Shown piece by piece: positions 1 to 13,900 of a stretch of 64,000 nt of DNA. The stretch comes from Balanoglossus misakiensis (taxonomy: Eukaryota; Animalia; Hemichordata), in contig CM082576.2 in assembly GCA_040954595.2 (NCBI GenBank), positions 3,942,760 to 4,006,759 on the forward strand. Direction: 5' to 3'. Position numbers and translations under genes: made by a program. A model generated the notes under the pieces. That model was not told where the DNA came from. It saw only the letters and a program-made list of their open reading frames with translations, and searched no databases. Numbering within the stretch: position 1 is the first letter of the stretch; every line of letters begins with the position of its first letter.

Positions 1-1956
1 GAACCAAATATGCTAAAAAGGAGCTGGCATAAAACAGGCAGGGCCAAGAGTCACCCAAAGAAGTCAGACAGCACTGAATCTGAAAGACAGAGAGGCTCCT
101 CCAGAAGCACTGAAAGTGATGAATCAAGGCAAGTCAGAAGTGACAGAGAGCGAGCTAGGAAACCTTTCATCAGACCTGCTAGGCACAGCCGCAACACAAC
201 AAGCGGGTCGGATGATTTTGAAGTCGAATGGAGGCTGACAAGATCGCAGGAGCAACTTCTGGAGGGGGAGAGTGATGACAACCCAGAGTCCCCAGCAAGG
301 GGGCAGTCTTTTGAGGATATACCAACATTCCATCTGTCTGGGCTTCCCCTGGAGAAATTGTCAGGAATGAGACCCAGAGGCTTTTATGAGAGCGTGGACT
401 CTGTTTGCGACAATGGGGAACTGCACAGTTCTCAGAGTACTGACCCATATCCCAATGATAGTTTACAGGGCGATGACAGGTCATTGGAAGAACTCTCAGA
501 AGGAGAAGTGGATTCCCTGGAAGATGAAAGTGAACCGATTTCGAAGCGTCCCAGAGAGGGCAAGTACATTCCAGTTGGGGAACCATATCACTTCACAAAC
601 ATGGACGTTGGACCGTTTAGCCCATACGAAGGTTGTGAAAGTGTAGACTCGGCAGTTGGACTAATGGCCACCAATGAATTTTTGTTTGAGAAGCCCCCGG
701 GACTGTTTGGAAACCCCCTGGATGAAACAGAAATTTTAATGTACAGGGATAAAGACGGCAACATCAAAGTGGGGGATCCTAGGATCAGCACACCAGCAGA
801 TAGCCTGGATGGGTCAGGAGTGAACACAATACCTCGGCCAAGAAGTGAAATATCTGTGGACAGTATTGAAGGCTCACAAATCGTTTCAGATGGAAGTCCA
901 CTGTCTTCTCCCAGAGACGACTACATGGAGGAATACATGGGGCATTTGCAGACCATGACCAGCGACATCCAACTGTTGACAAGCACTGCAGAGAACGAAG
1001 AGGAAAACTTGGATCTGTACCACACTCCTGCAGATGATAGGGTATTTGTCACAATTCCAGTCACTGAGCATGTGAGTAAGGATCATGGGAAGGGGGCGAC
1101 GCCCCACGCCAAAGGCAGCAGCCGGAAGAAAACTCCTCCATCAAAACCGGGTGCAAAATTTGGGAACACGGCTAGCATTGTTTTGGGTGATGTGGTTCCT
1201 GATGGTGTTGTTGCACAGTTTGCAGGTGGCAGTGGGACATCACTTGCTAAGCACCAGAAAAAACCTTCAGAGCACACGTCAGAATATTCAAGCACTCAGC
1301 ACAGCACCGTTGCACCAGCCAGAGACAGTAGGGGTAGTGGAGATGTAGGGTTAGTAGACACTTCACAAGTGATAGATAACAGACATTATGATGCAGGAAT
1401 GCACGATGGAGATGGGGTTTCACCCGCCTTTCCAAGATCCGTATCTCATAGCTGTCCTGCGGGTGGAACTGAACAATTACCCTATTCTACAGAAGAGGAA
1501 GACATATATTTGTCAGATGCTCAAAGACCAGTGGATGTAACAGGACAGGATGGACTAAGCATTCCAATAATTACATACACTGACGCTTCCGAAGCAGCAT
1601 CAGAAAGTGCTGAACATTTACAATTTGAAAGGGAATCTCACATTGTAAAGGATACTAGCAACAAATCAGAGAGCCCCCAGACAATTGGCGATGACACTGA
1701 CCTTCAGTCTTCAAACATCGACACAGATACATCCATTGATACTGCCACAACTGATACATCAGTCGAAACTGTCATCAGTGTGCATGTGAAGCCAAGTGTT
1801 GGTGACGCATCTCTTGAGAGCTGTACTGATGAAGGTGTAGATGAAGATGACCATCCTGAGACGATAGATGAGGAGATGATGATGGCAGTGGTATCAGATG
1901 ATGTTTCTGAAATCAGACAAGATGATCAACCAATGGAACAAACCCCATTAATCAGA
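1..1956 (+). CDS. STARD9: STARD9-like large coding exon (open at left edge), Ser/Asp/Glu-rich
   Basis: Frame is open from base 1. Donor AGA|GTGAGT at 1956/1957 is phase 0 and matches the acceptor at 2225/2226. Confidence 0.8.
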
Positions 1957-4900
1957 GTGAGTAGTTTTCTTCACTTAAACTGTGTACCAATACACTAATA
2001 TGTCTGCATTCATGATCATGCATGCACACACAGTGCACATATGTTTTTTCATAAAAATACATACATGTAGCTATAAATTCATCTAAATATACGATCTAAT
2101 GAAAATTGAATTGAGTGACATTTTGGCTATGTTATATGTGTAAAAATAATGATGTCTATTTATACCTGTTATAAAAAATACATGACTGTGCAATATTGAG
2201 TGCAACTTTACCTTATCCTTTTCAGCTGCCTGTGGATGGCCAGGAAGAAGCAGTGAAAAGTGTTGATGGCAGTGGTGGTGATGACAGAGGAAACCAGAGT
2301 AGCAGCAGTAGTGACAGTGAGAGTGGCGTAACACCACCAAAGAAAACTCGATTCGCCCTCAATAGTGATGTCAAGCTTACTGATGCCGAAGATGCTAGCC
2401 GAACTCCAGATGATGTGTTAGATATAGAAAAGGGAACACCAATAAGTGATCAAGTCTATGCAGATAGGGTTCCACATCCACAAGAATCAGCTTTAACTCA
2501 AATAGCGCATCCTGTGAGGGGTAAGGTCGACGCCCAACAACAGCACAGCACTTTTGAACAGGCATACCTGGAGGAATCTGGTGATGATTCTTCTGAAGAT
2601 GAATCTAGTTGTTCAGTGGATTCCTTGACAACATCTACTGATAATGGTTCATACATTGTTGAAGATCATTCATCTGAGGAAGATCAACTCGCAGTCCTGG
2701 AAGAAGAATCAGGGGAGTACACCGACTCATCAGACAGTACTTGTGACGATTCAAAAGAAGAGTTATCAGTTGGGGATCAGTTACTGCCCAAAACTAAACC
2801 ACCGGAGACCAAAACTGCTGAGCAAGATCAAACCATTAAAGACTTTGATACAAGGGTGGATGAAGCCACTGAAGTTGAAGAAATGCCTGAGTATGATTCC
2901 AGTTCTGTTGAGTCCAGAAATGTGGAACATACGGTTCCTGTAACAGTTGACGCAGTTCTCACTTCAGCTGGAATTCACATCCCACTGGAAGATCAAAAGC
3001 CTGATGAATCAGAAGCATCACCTGAGGGATCAGAGCAAATACAAGTCACAGAGTCCGATCAGAAATTTACTGAACCTGTTACCAAACAAGCTGATGTAGA
3101 ACAACCCACCGCTGTTGAATCAGTGGATTATAATCTAGAAGATGTCACTGAAGATGAATATCCCCCAGAATTGGCCCATGGAGAAATTAAATACTTACCT
3201 CAAGTTCAGAGTGATGGTAAAGGGCCTGCAAAGCCACCATGTGAAAATGCCATGCTCTCAGATGTTTCAGAAGACAGCAATTTACAGACCACCTTACTGC
3301 AAAAGGAGCAGCAAAATCAACTAGCTAGTAATCAAAAAGATTTATACTCGAGTGAACAACATGAAGTTATGACACCAAGCATTGAGCAAGGTGCACCTGA
3401 GCCAGCTGTAACGGAACCACTGCCAGAAATGCCCCCTCCCTCATCTGCTCTGAAGAGTCTTCAAGACAGTGATGATCTTGAAGATGTGTCTTCAGACACT
3501 GCAGCACCAACCTCGACAGACAGAGAACCAGTAATTTCTCCTCAACCAGAGATGACAGTTCTACAACCCAGTGAAGTTGAAGATGGTAAACCACTGAGCC
3601 TTGTTGAAAGTGGGAAGTCCACAGATGGTGCCATTCTATACCACAGTGGCACTACAGATGATTACATTCCAGTTGCTGAGTCGGAGAGCATTCCATATGA
3701 GGTTTGTGATCTAGAGAAACAGGGGCAAACCGATGTCGATGTTAAAGCCAGCAAGGATGAGGTGGCACAGGATACCCATGAAAATAAAGATGACCAAATG
3801 ACTGGAAATATCCCAGTGCTGGAAACATGTTCTTTGCAAACAGCAGATCAAGATGTCCCACAAAACCAGTTGAACATGACTTCTGTAGATTTTGAAGACA
3901 TCGGTCTTTCAAAGGAAATTGTAGTGAGTGTTGAAAGTAGTCTTGATACATTGGATAGAAGTAAAATTTCACCAGTTGAATACAAGCTACCCAAGGATAA
4001 CGTTGAAAGCAGTTCCTCGCAACAACATGTTCTCTCTACAGAGACAGATCTACCTGAGTTTGAAGAGGAAAGTGATGTTCCCAAAAGAACAACAATTTCT
4101 GAGGAAAGAGACACATCTGAGTTGGCAACTCCAACACCAGTCACTGAACATGTCCCTGCAAGGGAACAACCACTGCAACAATATTCAGATGTCGCCGCTT
4201 TTAATCTAGATGAAGAGGATATTGAAGAGTCTGACCAACAACTTGGAGAAATATCTGTTGGCGAAGAAGCCAGGGACATTTCACCTTTGACAGAAAATTC
4301 AGATCTCGCTGAGGTTATCGAAGACATGAAAGACGATCTAACCGAAGATGAAATAAATGAACTGAAAAGATTGTCAGAAATATCATCTAATGACATGTCT
4401 GATGATGACGACAAGGATGAAGTTGGGTGGCAGGGTTCTTTCGAAGAAGCTGTTGACAGTGGCATTGGCCAGTCAGATGTGGAAGCACTTCCCAATGTGG
4501 AACCTGCTAGGTTTGGTGAATTGCTGCCAAAAGCTTCTCTGGTTGAAGATACATTGATAGAAGATTCATCCCAACCCATGGATTCATTGGCTGAAAATGT
4601 GATGTCACTAAACGAAGAGGCTGAAAAACCTTCACTTGAAAAACTAAAAATGCATGTTGCCGTCACTGAAGAAGCAATGCAGGATGACAGTACTGATGTT
4701 AACAATGTTAGCATACACACAACGCCAACAGCAATGAAAGAAAGCGATGGCCATGATATATACACAGGTGATAACCAGAAAAAGCATCTTGCCAAATATG
4801 AAACAGAAGACAACACTGAAGATACTGAAGAACATTTCATACCAGCCATAAAGCTTGTCAAGCCCCAGCTCATCATTCCAGGAACAACCGTTTCAAAAGA

Positions 4901-7900
4901 CACACCCCAACAGTACGATTACCGAGAATCAGATGATTATGAAGCAGCTGTGATAGAGGGCCATCCAACTGCAGATCCCGACCACTACTTCATTCCAATA
5001 CGTGAAGCACCGGAATGGCAGAACCAGGAGTCTCCTATGTCTAACCAGAGTGATGCAGGAATAGAAACCATGGAGGTTGCTCAGTCAGAAGATCAGTTAC
5101 TCGAACAGGCAGATGTGAATGTGCGTCCTCCCAGTGATGTTTTGGAAATATCCTCTGACCCTGACATGTTAGAAGTCAAAGATGTGTCTTCTGCCTCATT
5201 ACCTGAGGACCATACCAGTGCAGAGTCCATTCAACAAATAGAACTACAGGAAACAAATGTCAACAAGGCTATGGATTTTCCAGACAGAAAAGAACCAGAG
5301 AGAGAAGAGCAAGCTGATGATGATGATGGAGAATACTCTGACACAATAATGCAGCAGATAGATGAAGACAAGCTGCCGATGGTGGAAAGCTTGAGTGATA
5401 GTGTCCATCAGCCAAGCACCACAGTTGAACAAAAGCAGCCACTTTTAAAACTTCCAGACTCCAGGGACACTGTCACTGAAAAGCAGAGAATTGGCGATAT
5501 GGCAGAAGATGTGACACTGATTTCTGATGATCAAAAAGTCAACATCAAAAAAGAAATGGATATGGATGATGGGATTGAAATGGGAAGTGAAACTGAACAG
5601 AAGAGTATGGACATGCCAGAAAGTGAAAAGGCAGACATTGGCTATAAGATAAAAAGACCTGGTACTCTTGATGTAATTCCAACTTATCAAGATAATTCCA
5701 CCATTCTACCCCATGAAAAACGAAGCCCGGGTGAATATGGAGGCAGTCCAGTCAGTGCCAAATCTCTACTGGAAAAACCAAGGAAAACAGTGCTTGATGA
5801 TACCACATACGAACCCACACAGTCAAGCGATGTTTGTGTTGCCAATGCACATGTTTTTGAAAATGAACCCAGTCATGTCCTAAGTGAAGATGAAATGCCT
5901 GTGACAGGATCAGCAGAGCAGATCGAGCAAATCCCCCATGGAACTGCTGTGTTGGTGGAAGGTGACAGAAGTTCAGAACTCAGTAAGGTACAACCGAAAA
6001 CTGTCATAGCACTAGATATTGGAGACACAGATGATCAACTTGCCATGGAAATACCAACTGTTGAAGTTGCATCAAGTCAAGTTGAGGAGACAACCACTGT
6101 TGACCCACTGATGCTTGCCAGAAAGTCTGCTCTGATAAAGGAGCTTAAAGAGGAAGCACAGAAAGAAGGAAGTGGTTCCATTTCCCCGAGGAGCATTTGT
6201 AGAGGTGACCAGGAAAGAAGCTGGGCTGATCAACCAACAGACGCAGGAACAGACAAAAACAAAGGTCAAGGTCAACAACAGTCACAGGGTCAGCAACAAG
6301 CTAGTGCAAGTCAGCTGATGCCAGTTTCTGCAAGAAGAGTCGCAGCGTCCCATGGCCGAAGTTCTGCTGCTGGTGCCGGTGATGGGGATGATGAAGATGA
6401 CAGGAAAAGCAGGGATATTTACAAGAGGAAGGGTAGCCATGAAACCGATGCCAGCCCCCAACGTGGCATCAGAAATCAGAAATTCTCGTATGCTCAAGAA
6501 AAGGTTATTGAAGAGGGTGAGATCATGTCTACTAAACACACCACTGATGAGAGCAAGCTAATCCACACAATCAGCACTGAAAAACATCAAGTGAGCCATG
6601 TGGAGTTAAAAGCTGCCGTAGTTAATAAAACTGTTACTGTTGAAATAAACCCAGTTACAGTTGTCAAACAAGTGACTCTTGGTCGACGAGCAACTGTTAT
6701 GAGGGAGCTGCAGGAAAGATTTACAACCAAAACAACAGAGAGGGTCAGCAGAAAATTCACCATCAAAAGTCCATCTGTCAGTCCCAAAGTCCCCAGCAGA
6801 GTATTTGCTTTTCCTGGTGGCAAGGAAAACATGGAGGTGAAGTCGGAAGAGATGTTGTCACCAGAAGTGATAGTTATGCATGAATATTTACCCAGAGAAG
6901 TAGATGTGGAGGATCTTCCGACTCTCCAAAGGGTTTCTGATGCACCAACAGTATTTCATCAATTTGAAGAAAAGAGTGTAAAACCAGCATCTCTTGGGCC
7001 TTCTGATGACAATTTCCCCCCACGTGAAGGATTGCATGGTGATTTCAACAAAGATCAAATTAGCGAGATATCGGTTGGTGTTGATGAAGAAGCAGAAAAA
7101 TACAATGGTAGTTTGATCAAGCAACATGAGCCAGCTGATCTTCAGAGTGAGATGGAAGTGGAACAACACCCTCTCACTGCAGGTAAAACTGCGACGTGGT
7201 CCGTTGACAGTGAGATGACTGCTGTTCATCTGGAAATTCCCATTGTCACTGTAAGCATGGACACTGATGAGTCTCCATCACCTGAAGGTGAGCCTTGGGA
7301 AACTGTTGAGAAAGGCCTGTCTGACGATGAACCTGTTCCATTAGTGACAGGTGAAACACCACTGAAGGCAGAAGTGCTTGCTGAGAAACTTCAGGAGGTA
7401 CTTGAGCAAAGCCCCACTGCTTCAAGTGATGGTGTTTCGTTGGACATGGGCACCGTAGAGATGGTCCAAGATGGAAATGGACCACCATCAGAAACTGCAA
7501 TGGTTGGGATGCAGGAAATCTCATTTGAACAGAGTCCTGGAGAAGATCAAACGTCTCTGAGAGATGTCTACGAGGGTGGCACTTTGCATACAGCATCTCC
7601 TGGTGGTGTACCAGGGTCTAAGAGAATAAAACTTGATGGAATGGCCGAAGACAGTCCTGATCTACAACATGGAGAAACGGATGTGTTGCATGCCACTGAA
7701 GTTGAAGAAATTGCTACATCAGGTGATTCTGAAACCATTATGCCAATGAAGTATATTGCAACAGAAGAAAAAGCGAAAGCTGAAGATGTTATTGAAGAAG
7801 TAGGCATTCCTATTGTTGAGGCTGACGCTGTTATACCTCAAGAGAATCTGGAAGGCGTTGAAAAAACAGATGAAAGCAAAGCTGAACCTTTAGGGAAGAG

Positions 7901-10900
7901 TAAACAAATCCCAATAAGAACAGAAAAACAAGTCCAAGAAGACCTCAGTCAAGCATATGCTGAAGAACAAGATGTGACAGTCCATGGTGAACAAGAACGA
8001 ATGGTTGGTACTGAGGCAGAAGAAGCAGATGCATATTATGTGAAAGAGCACATAAATACTTTTGAGCAAGTACCATTTGAAACTGAACAACAACTGCCTG
8101 AAGTTAATTTGCCAGTTCCAACTCCAAGTAACGAACAAGCAGACCAAACACAACTTACAGAAAGTGCACATGGAACACAGCAGCCTGTGTTAGTTGGTGA
8201 AACTATTCAAGTTCAACCTACTGAGCAGTATTATGACAGTTTAGATGTACAAAAAATAACACCACAAAAAGTAGATGTGTGCGAAACATCCAGGGATGAT
8301 GCCACTTTACAGCAAGGTGTTGCAACACATGAACAACCATCACAAGATATTCCTAGTGAGCAGCTAGTAGCTAAAGTGCCTAGTGAGCCACTGGAGAGAG
8401 AATCCGGCACAGAACAACCACAGGATAATGTTGAAGTGGTTTCAGAAATGAAAATACCCCCAGAAACTGACAAAGTCCAAGACCTTATTACTGAAACTCC
8501 AACATATTCCCAGTTATCTGAAGATGCAGATACTTTTGATACTACAAAAACAGATCAACCAAAAGTGATGTCATCTCAGGAAGAAGTTGAGAAGAGATCA
8601 TTAGAAGAAGACGGCACTGACAAGTCTCCAGTTCAAATAGATGCAAAAGTTGATGTACCAGTGGCAGGTGATTATGTTCCCATGGAGTCATCTCAGTTCA
8701 TTGACTTAGCCAGTGGAACGGTGAAGGAAGAACACATATCACCATCCATTGGTGAAGCAAGAGAGGTTCATCTTGCTGATGATGCTGAAACAATGTCTGA
8801 AGTATCCTCAGTTGCCATTGGTTACCCGGTACATGGAACACATGAGGGTGAATTAGCAACAACAGAAAGCCAAGTCACATCTGAGGGTCACGTTTCCACA
8901 CAGGTCACCACCTTGAGTCCTGGTGATGCAGCTTTGGTCACAACTTCAGTGGTGGAAGGTAATGAAATGGAGGTTCAGCCAAGTGTAAAACCAGGACTCG
9001 ATTCAGGAAAAGAATTTGTAGAGGAGACTCAACAACAAAAGGAACATGACTTTGACAAACCTACAGGGGAAAGTGAGCGAGATGCAGAAAAGACATCACA
9101 TGCGGATGAAATGCAAGTTGAGGATCAGTCAACACCAGACGAACGAAAGAAGGTTCCAAGGGTGCCAAGTTTTATTATGATGGAAGACAAAAAGCAAAGA
9201 AAGAAAAGAAGAATAGAAAAAGATGGCAAAGAAAAAAGAACAAAAGGGGTGTACCCTTGTGAAGAAAGGGAACTGAAATCACCAGATGGGTCCGTATCTG
9301 TTAGTGAGTGTTCAGATGACACCTCGTCTCTTAGTGATTCAAGTGGAGAGCCCTATGTAAAAGACAAAGTCGTACGTGGTACAGTCCAGCAAGGACAGGT
9401 GCCATCAGCAGAATCAGAATCACAAGCAAAGAAGGATGATCAAATGGATGAATTGCAGCCAGAATATGGACAAGATACTATGAAGGTTTCACCTGGAAAG
9501 TCCCATGATGCAACGACAAAAGTCTTGCCTGTTGAGCAACTTCCAGAAGGTACTACCCCTCCTACTCAGGAATCCAAAGAAGAAATTTTACCCAAACAAT
9601 CTGCACAACCAACAGATGTAGTCACCAGTATTGACAAAACCGTACAATCAGAACAGGAGATATCAGAAACACCTGAAGGAGACATGAAATTTGTAGGTCA
9701 GACTAATCAAGAAGAAGCAAAAATATCTGAATCGCCCTTGCAAGTGGTAACTGATGGAACAGAAACTAAGATAGCACAAGCTTCTGAAGACACCTGTCTC
9801 TCTGATGTGAAGGTGCATCAAGATGATGCATTGGATGCAGTTTCTACATCACCTGTAGTCATAGAGACTAGTGCTACAGATGCAATATTGCCACAAGAAG
9901 CCAAGCCCAAACAACCTTCAGAGGAAACTGGTCAAATGGAGCAACAAGATATAAAATTATCTACAGAATTGACATCACCCGAAGGAATCAAAACCCCCAC
10001 TGAAGATTTGCTAGCAGAAGAATCAAAAGACAATCGTTCAGTGGAGATTGATCGTGCTGATCATGGAAAGCAGGAAGAGTTGTTGACTGTAAAATTAACT
10101 CCACCTATTATCATGATAACCAATACTGAAGACTCTGAGATAGAGCAATCTCTTGAGGACAATGTTCTTCCGGATCAAAGGGAGAAAGAAGAAGCCAACG
10201 TGGACGACACTGTTGCTGAGAAAATGGTACAGGAAGATGTAGAATCTACACCAAATGTTGTCTTGGAAACTAGTACTGAAGACACTCTTCCTGAACAAAA
10301 GGACAAACAAGATGAAGTATTAATGATTGATTCAACATTACCTGAAGTCTTGGAAACTGGTGCTAGAGACACAACTCTTCCAGAAGAAGCCAAGCTAGAG
10401 CAACCATCAGAGGAGGCCAGTCTTGCTGATCAGGGGGACAAGGAACATGACATACTGACTAAAGAATCTAAAGAAGGGGAAAAGAAACAACAATTTCCGG
10501 ATGGGTCTGAACGGATCAAGAGAGCGCAACATCCAGAAGGGGCTAGTCTTGCTTACCAGACAGACCAGCAAGAGGAGGCATTGACTAAAAAATCACATGT
10601 AATAATGGAAACCAGTACTGACGATACAACATTACAAGAGGCCAAGACAGAGCAACCTCCAGAAGAGACTGTTGATCAGAAAGACATGCGAGATGAGGCA
10701 CTGGCTATAGAATCTACAGCACCTTTAGTCATTTCTGAAGATACTGTACTGCCAAAAGATGCCAATGTAGAGGAGGAGACTGGTGATCAGTATCAACAGC
10801 AATATGACGATACATGTATGAGTGAGGATTCTACATTGCCAATAATCATGACAACCAGTGTTGATGACAACCTACCGGCACAAGCAGCAGACAGGGAGGA

Positions 10901-13900
10901 ACATCCAAAAGACGCTGGTGTTGCTGATGAAAAGGGCCAACAAGATGTCAACACTTCAGAATCACCATCACCTGAAGAAATGACAGCCAGCACAGAAGAC
11001 ACCATGGTAACAGACAAGGCTGAGACAGAGAGACCTTCACAGAAGACTGCATATCAGAGTAAACAAGATGAGGAAATGACTGAGGAATCTGCTTCACCTG
11101 TAGTCATGGCAGCCAGCACACATGACACCATGGTAACAGAAAAGGCCGAGCCAGAGAAACCTTCAGAGGAGACTACATATGAAAGTAAACAAGATAAGGA
11201 AATGACTGAGGAATCTCCTTCTCCTGTGGTCATGGCAACTAGTACTGATGATGACTTACTGGCACAAGCAGCAGATATGGAAGAAGAACCAGATGGGGCT
11301 GGTGTTGCTGATGAAAAGAGCGAACAAGACAAACTCATAACTTCAGAATCAACATCACCTGTAGTGATGGCAGCCAGCACAGATGACACCATGTTAACAG
11401 AAAAAGTTGAGCCAGAAGACATCATGTTAATAGAAAAAGCTGAGCCAGAGAAACCTTCAGAGGAGACTGCATATGAAAGTAAACAAGATGAGGAAATGAC
11501 TGAAGAATCTACTTCACCTGTAGTCATGGCAGCCAGCACTGAAGACACCATGGTAACAGAAAAGGCTGAGCCAGAGAAACCTTCAGAGGAGACTGCATAT
11601 GAAAGTAAACAAGATGAGGAGATGACTGAGGTATCTACTTCAACGGTAGTCATGGCAGCCAGCACTGATGACACCATGGTAACAGAAAAGGCTGAGCCAG
11701 AGAAACCTTCAGAGGAGACTGCATATGAAAGTAAACAAGATGAGGAAATGACTGAAGAATCTACTTCACCTGTAGTCATGGCAGCCAGCACTGATGACAC
11801 CATGGTAACAGAAAAGGCTGAGCCAGAGAAACCTTCAGAGGAGACTGCATATGAAAGTAAACAAGATGAGGAAATGACTGAAGAATCTACTTCACCTGTA
11901 GTCATGGCAGCCAGCACTGATGACACCATGGTAACAGAAAAGGCTGAGCCAGAGAAACCTTCAGAGGAGACTGCATATGAAAGTAAACAAGATGAGGAAA
12001 TGACTGAGGAATCTACTTCACCTGTAGTCATGGCAGCCAGCACTGATGACACCATGGTAACAGAAAAGGCTGAGCCAGAGAAACCTTCAGAGGAGACTGC
12101 ATATGAAAGTAAACAAGATGAGGAGATGACTGAGGAATCTACTTCACCTGTAGTCTTGACTACCAGCACCAACGACACCATGGTAACAGAAAAGGCAGAG
12201 CCAGAGAAACCTTCAGAGGAGACTGCATATGAAAGTAAACAAGACGAGGAAATGACTGAGGGATCTCCTTCACCTGAAGTCAAGGCAGTCAGTACTGATG
12301 ATGACTTACTAACACAAGCAGCAGATATGGAAGAACAACCAGATGAGGCTGGTGTTGCTGATGAAAAGGGCGAACAAGACAAGATCATAACTTCGGAATC
12401 AACATCACCTGAAGTCTTGACTGCCAGCACAGATGACACCATGGTAACAGAAAAAGTTGAGCCAGAAGACATCATGTTAATAGAAAAAGCTGAGCCAGAG
12501 AAACCTTCAGAGGAGACTGCACATCAGAGTATACAAGATGAGGAAATGACTGAGGAATCTACTTCACCTGAAGTCAAGGCAGCCAGTACTGATGATGACT
12601 TACTAACACAAGCAGCAGATATGGAAGAACGACCAGAAGAGGCTGGTGTTGCTGATGAAAAGGGCGAACAAGACAAGCTCGAACAAGACAAGATCATAAC
12701 TTCAGAATCAACATCACCTGAAGTCATGGCAGCCAGCACAGATGACACCATGGTAACAGAAAAGGCTGAGCCAGAGAAACCTTCAGAGGAGACTGCATAT
12801 GAAAGTAAAAAAGATGATGAAATGACTGAGGAATCTCCTTCAACGGTAGTCATGGCAGCCAGCACCGACGACACCATGGTAACAGAGAAGGCTGAGCCAG
12901 AGAAACCTTCAGAGGAGACTACATATGAAAGTAAACAAGATGAGGAAATGACTGAGGAATCTACTTCACCTGTGGTCATGGCAACTAGTACTGATGATGA
13001 CTTACTGGCACAAGCAGCAGATATGGAAGAACAACCAGATGAGGCTGGTGTTGCTGATGAAAAGGGCGAACAAGACAAGCTCGAACAAGACAAGATCATA
13101 ACTTCAGAATCAACATCACCTGAAATGTTGACTGCCAGCACCGACGACACCATGGTAACAGAAAAGGCTGAGCCAGAGAAACCCTCAGAGGAGACTGCAT
13201 ATGAAAGTAAAAAAGATGATGAAATGACTGAGGAATCTCCTTCACCTGTGGTCATGGCAGCCAGCACCGACGACACCATGGTAACAGAAAAGGCTGAGCC
13301 AGAAAAACCTTCAGAGGAGACTGCATATGAAAATAAACAAGATGAGGAAATGACCGAGGAATCTCCTTCACCTGAAGTCAAGGCAGCCAGTACTGATGAC
13401 GACTTACTGGCACAAGCAGCTGAAACGGAGCAGTATCCAGATGAGGCTGCTGTTGCTGATAAAAAGGGCAAACAAGACAAACTCGTAACTTCAGAATCCA
13501 CATCACCTGAAGTCATGGCAGCCAGCACAGATGACACCATGGCAACAGAAAAGGCTGAGCCAGAGAAACCTTCAGAGGAGACTGCAATTGAAAGTGAACA
13601 AGATGAGGAAATGACTGAGGAATCTACTTCACCTGTAGTCATGGCAGCCAGCACAGATGACACCATGGTAACAGAAAAGGCTGAGCCAGAGAAACCTTCA
13701 GAGGAGACTGCAATTGAAAGTAAACAAGATGAGGAAATGACTGAAGAATCTACTTCCCCTGAAGTCAAGGCAGCCAGTACTGATGACACCATGGTAACAG
13801 AAAAGGCAGAGCCAGAAGACATCATAGTAACAGAAACGGCTAAGCCAGAGAAATCTTCAGAGGAGACTGCATATGAAAGTAAACAAGATGAGGAAATGAC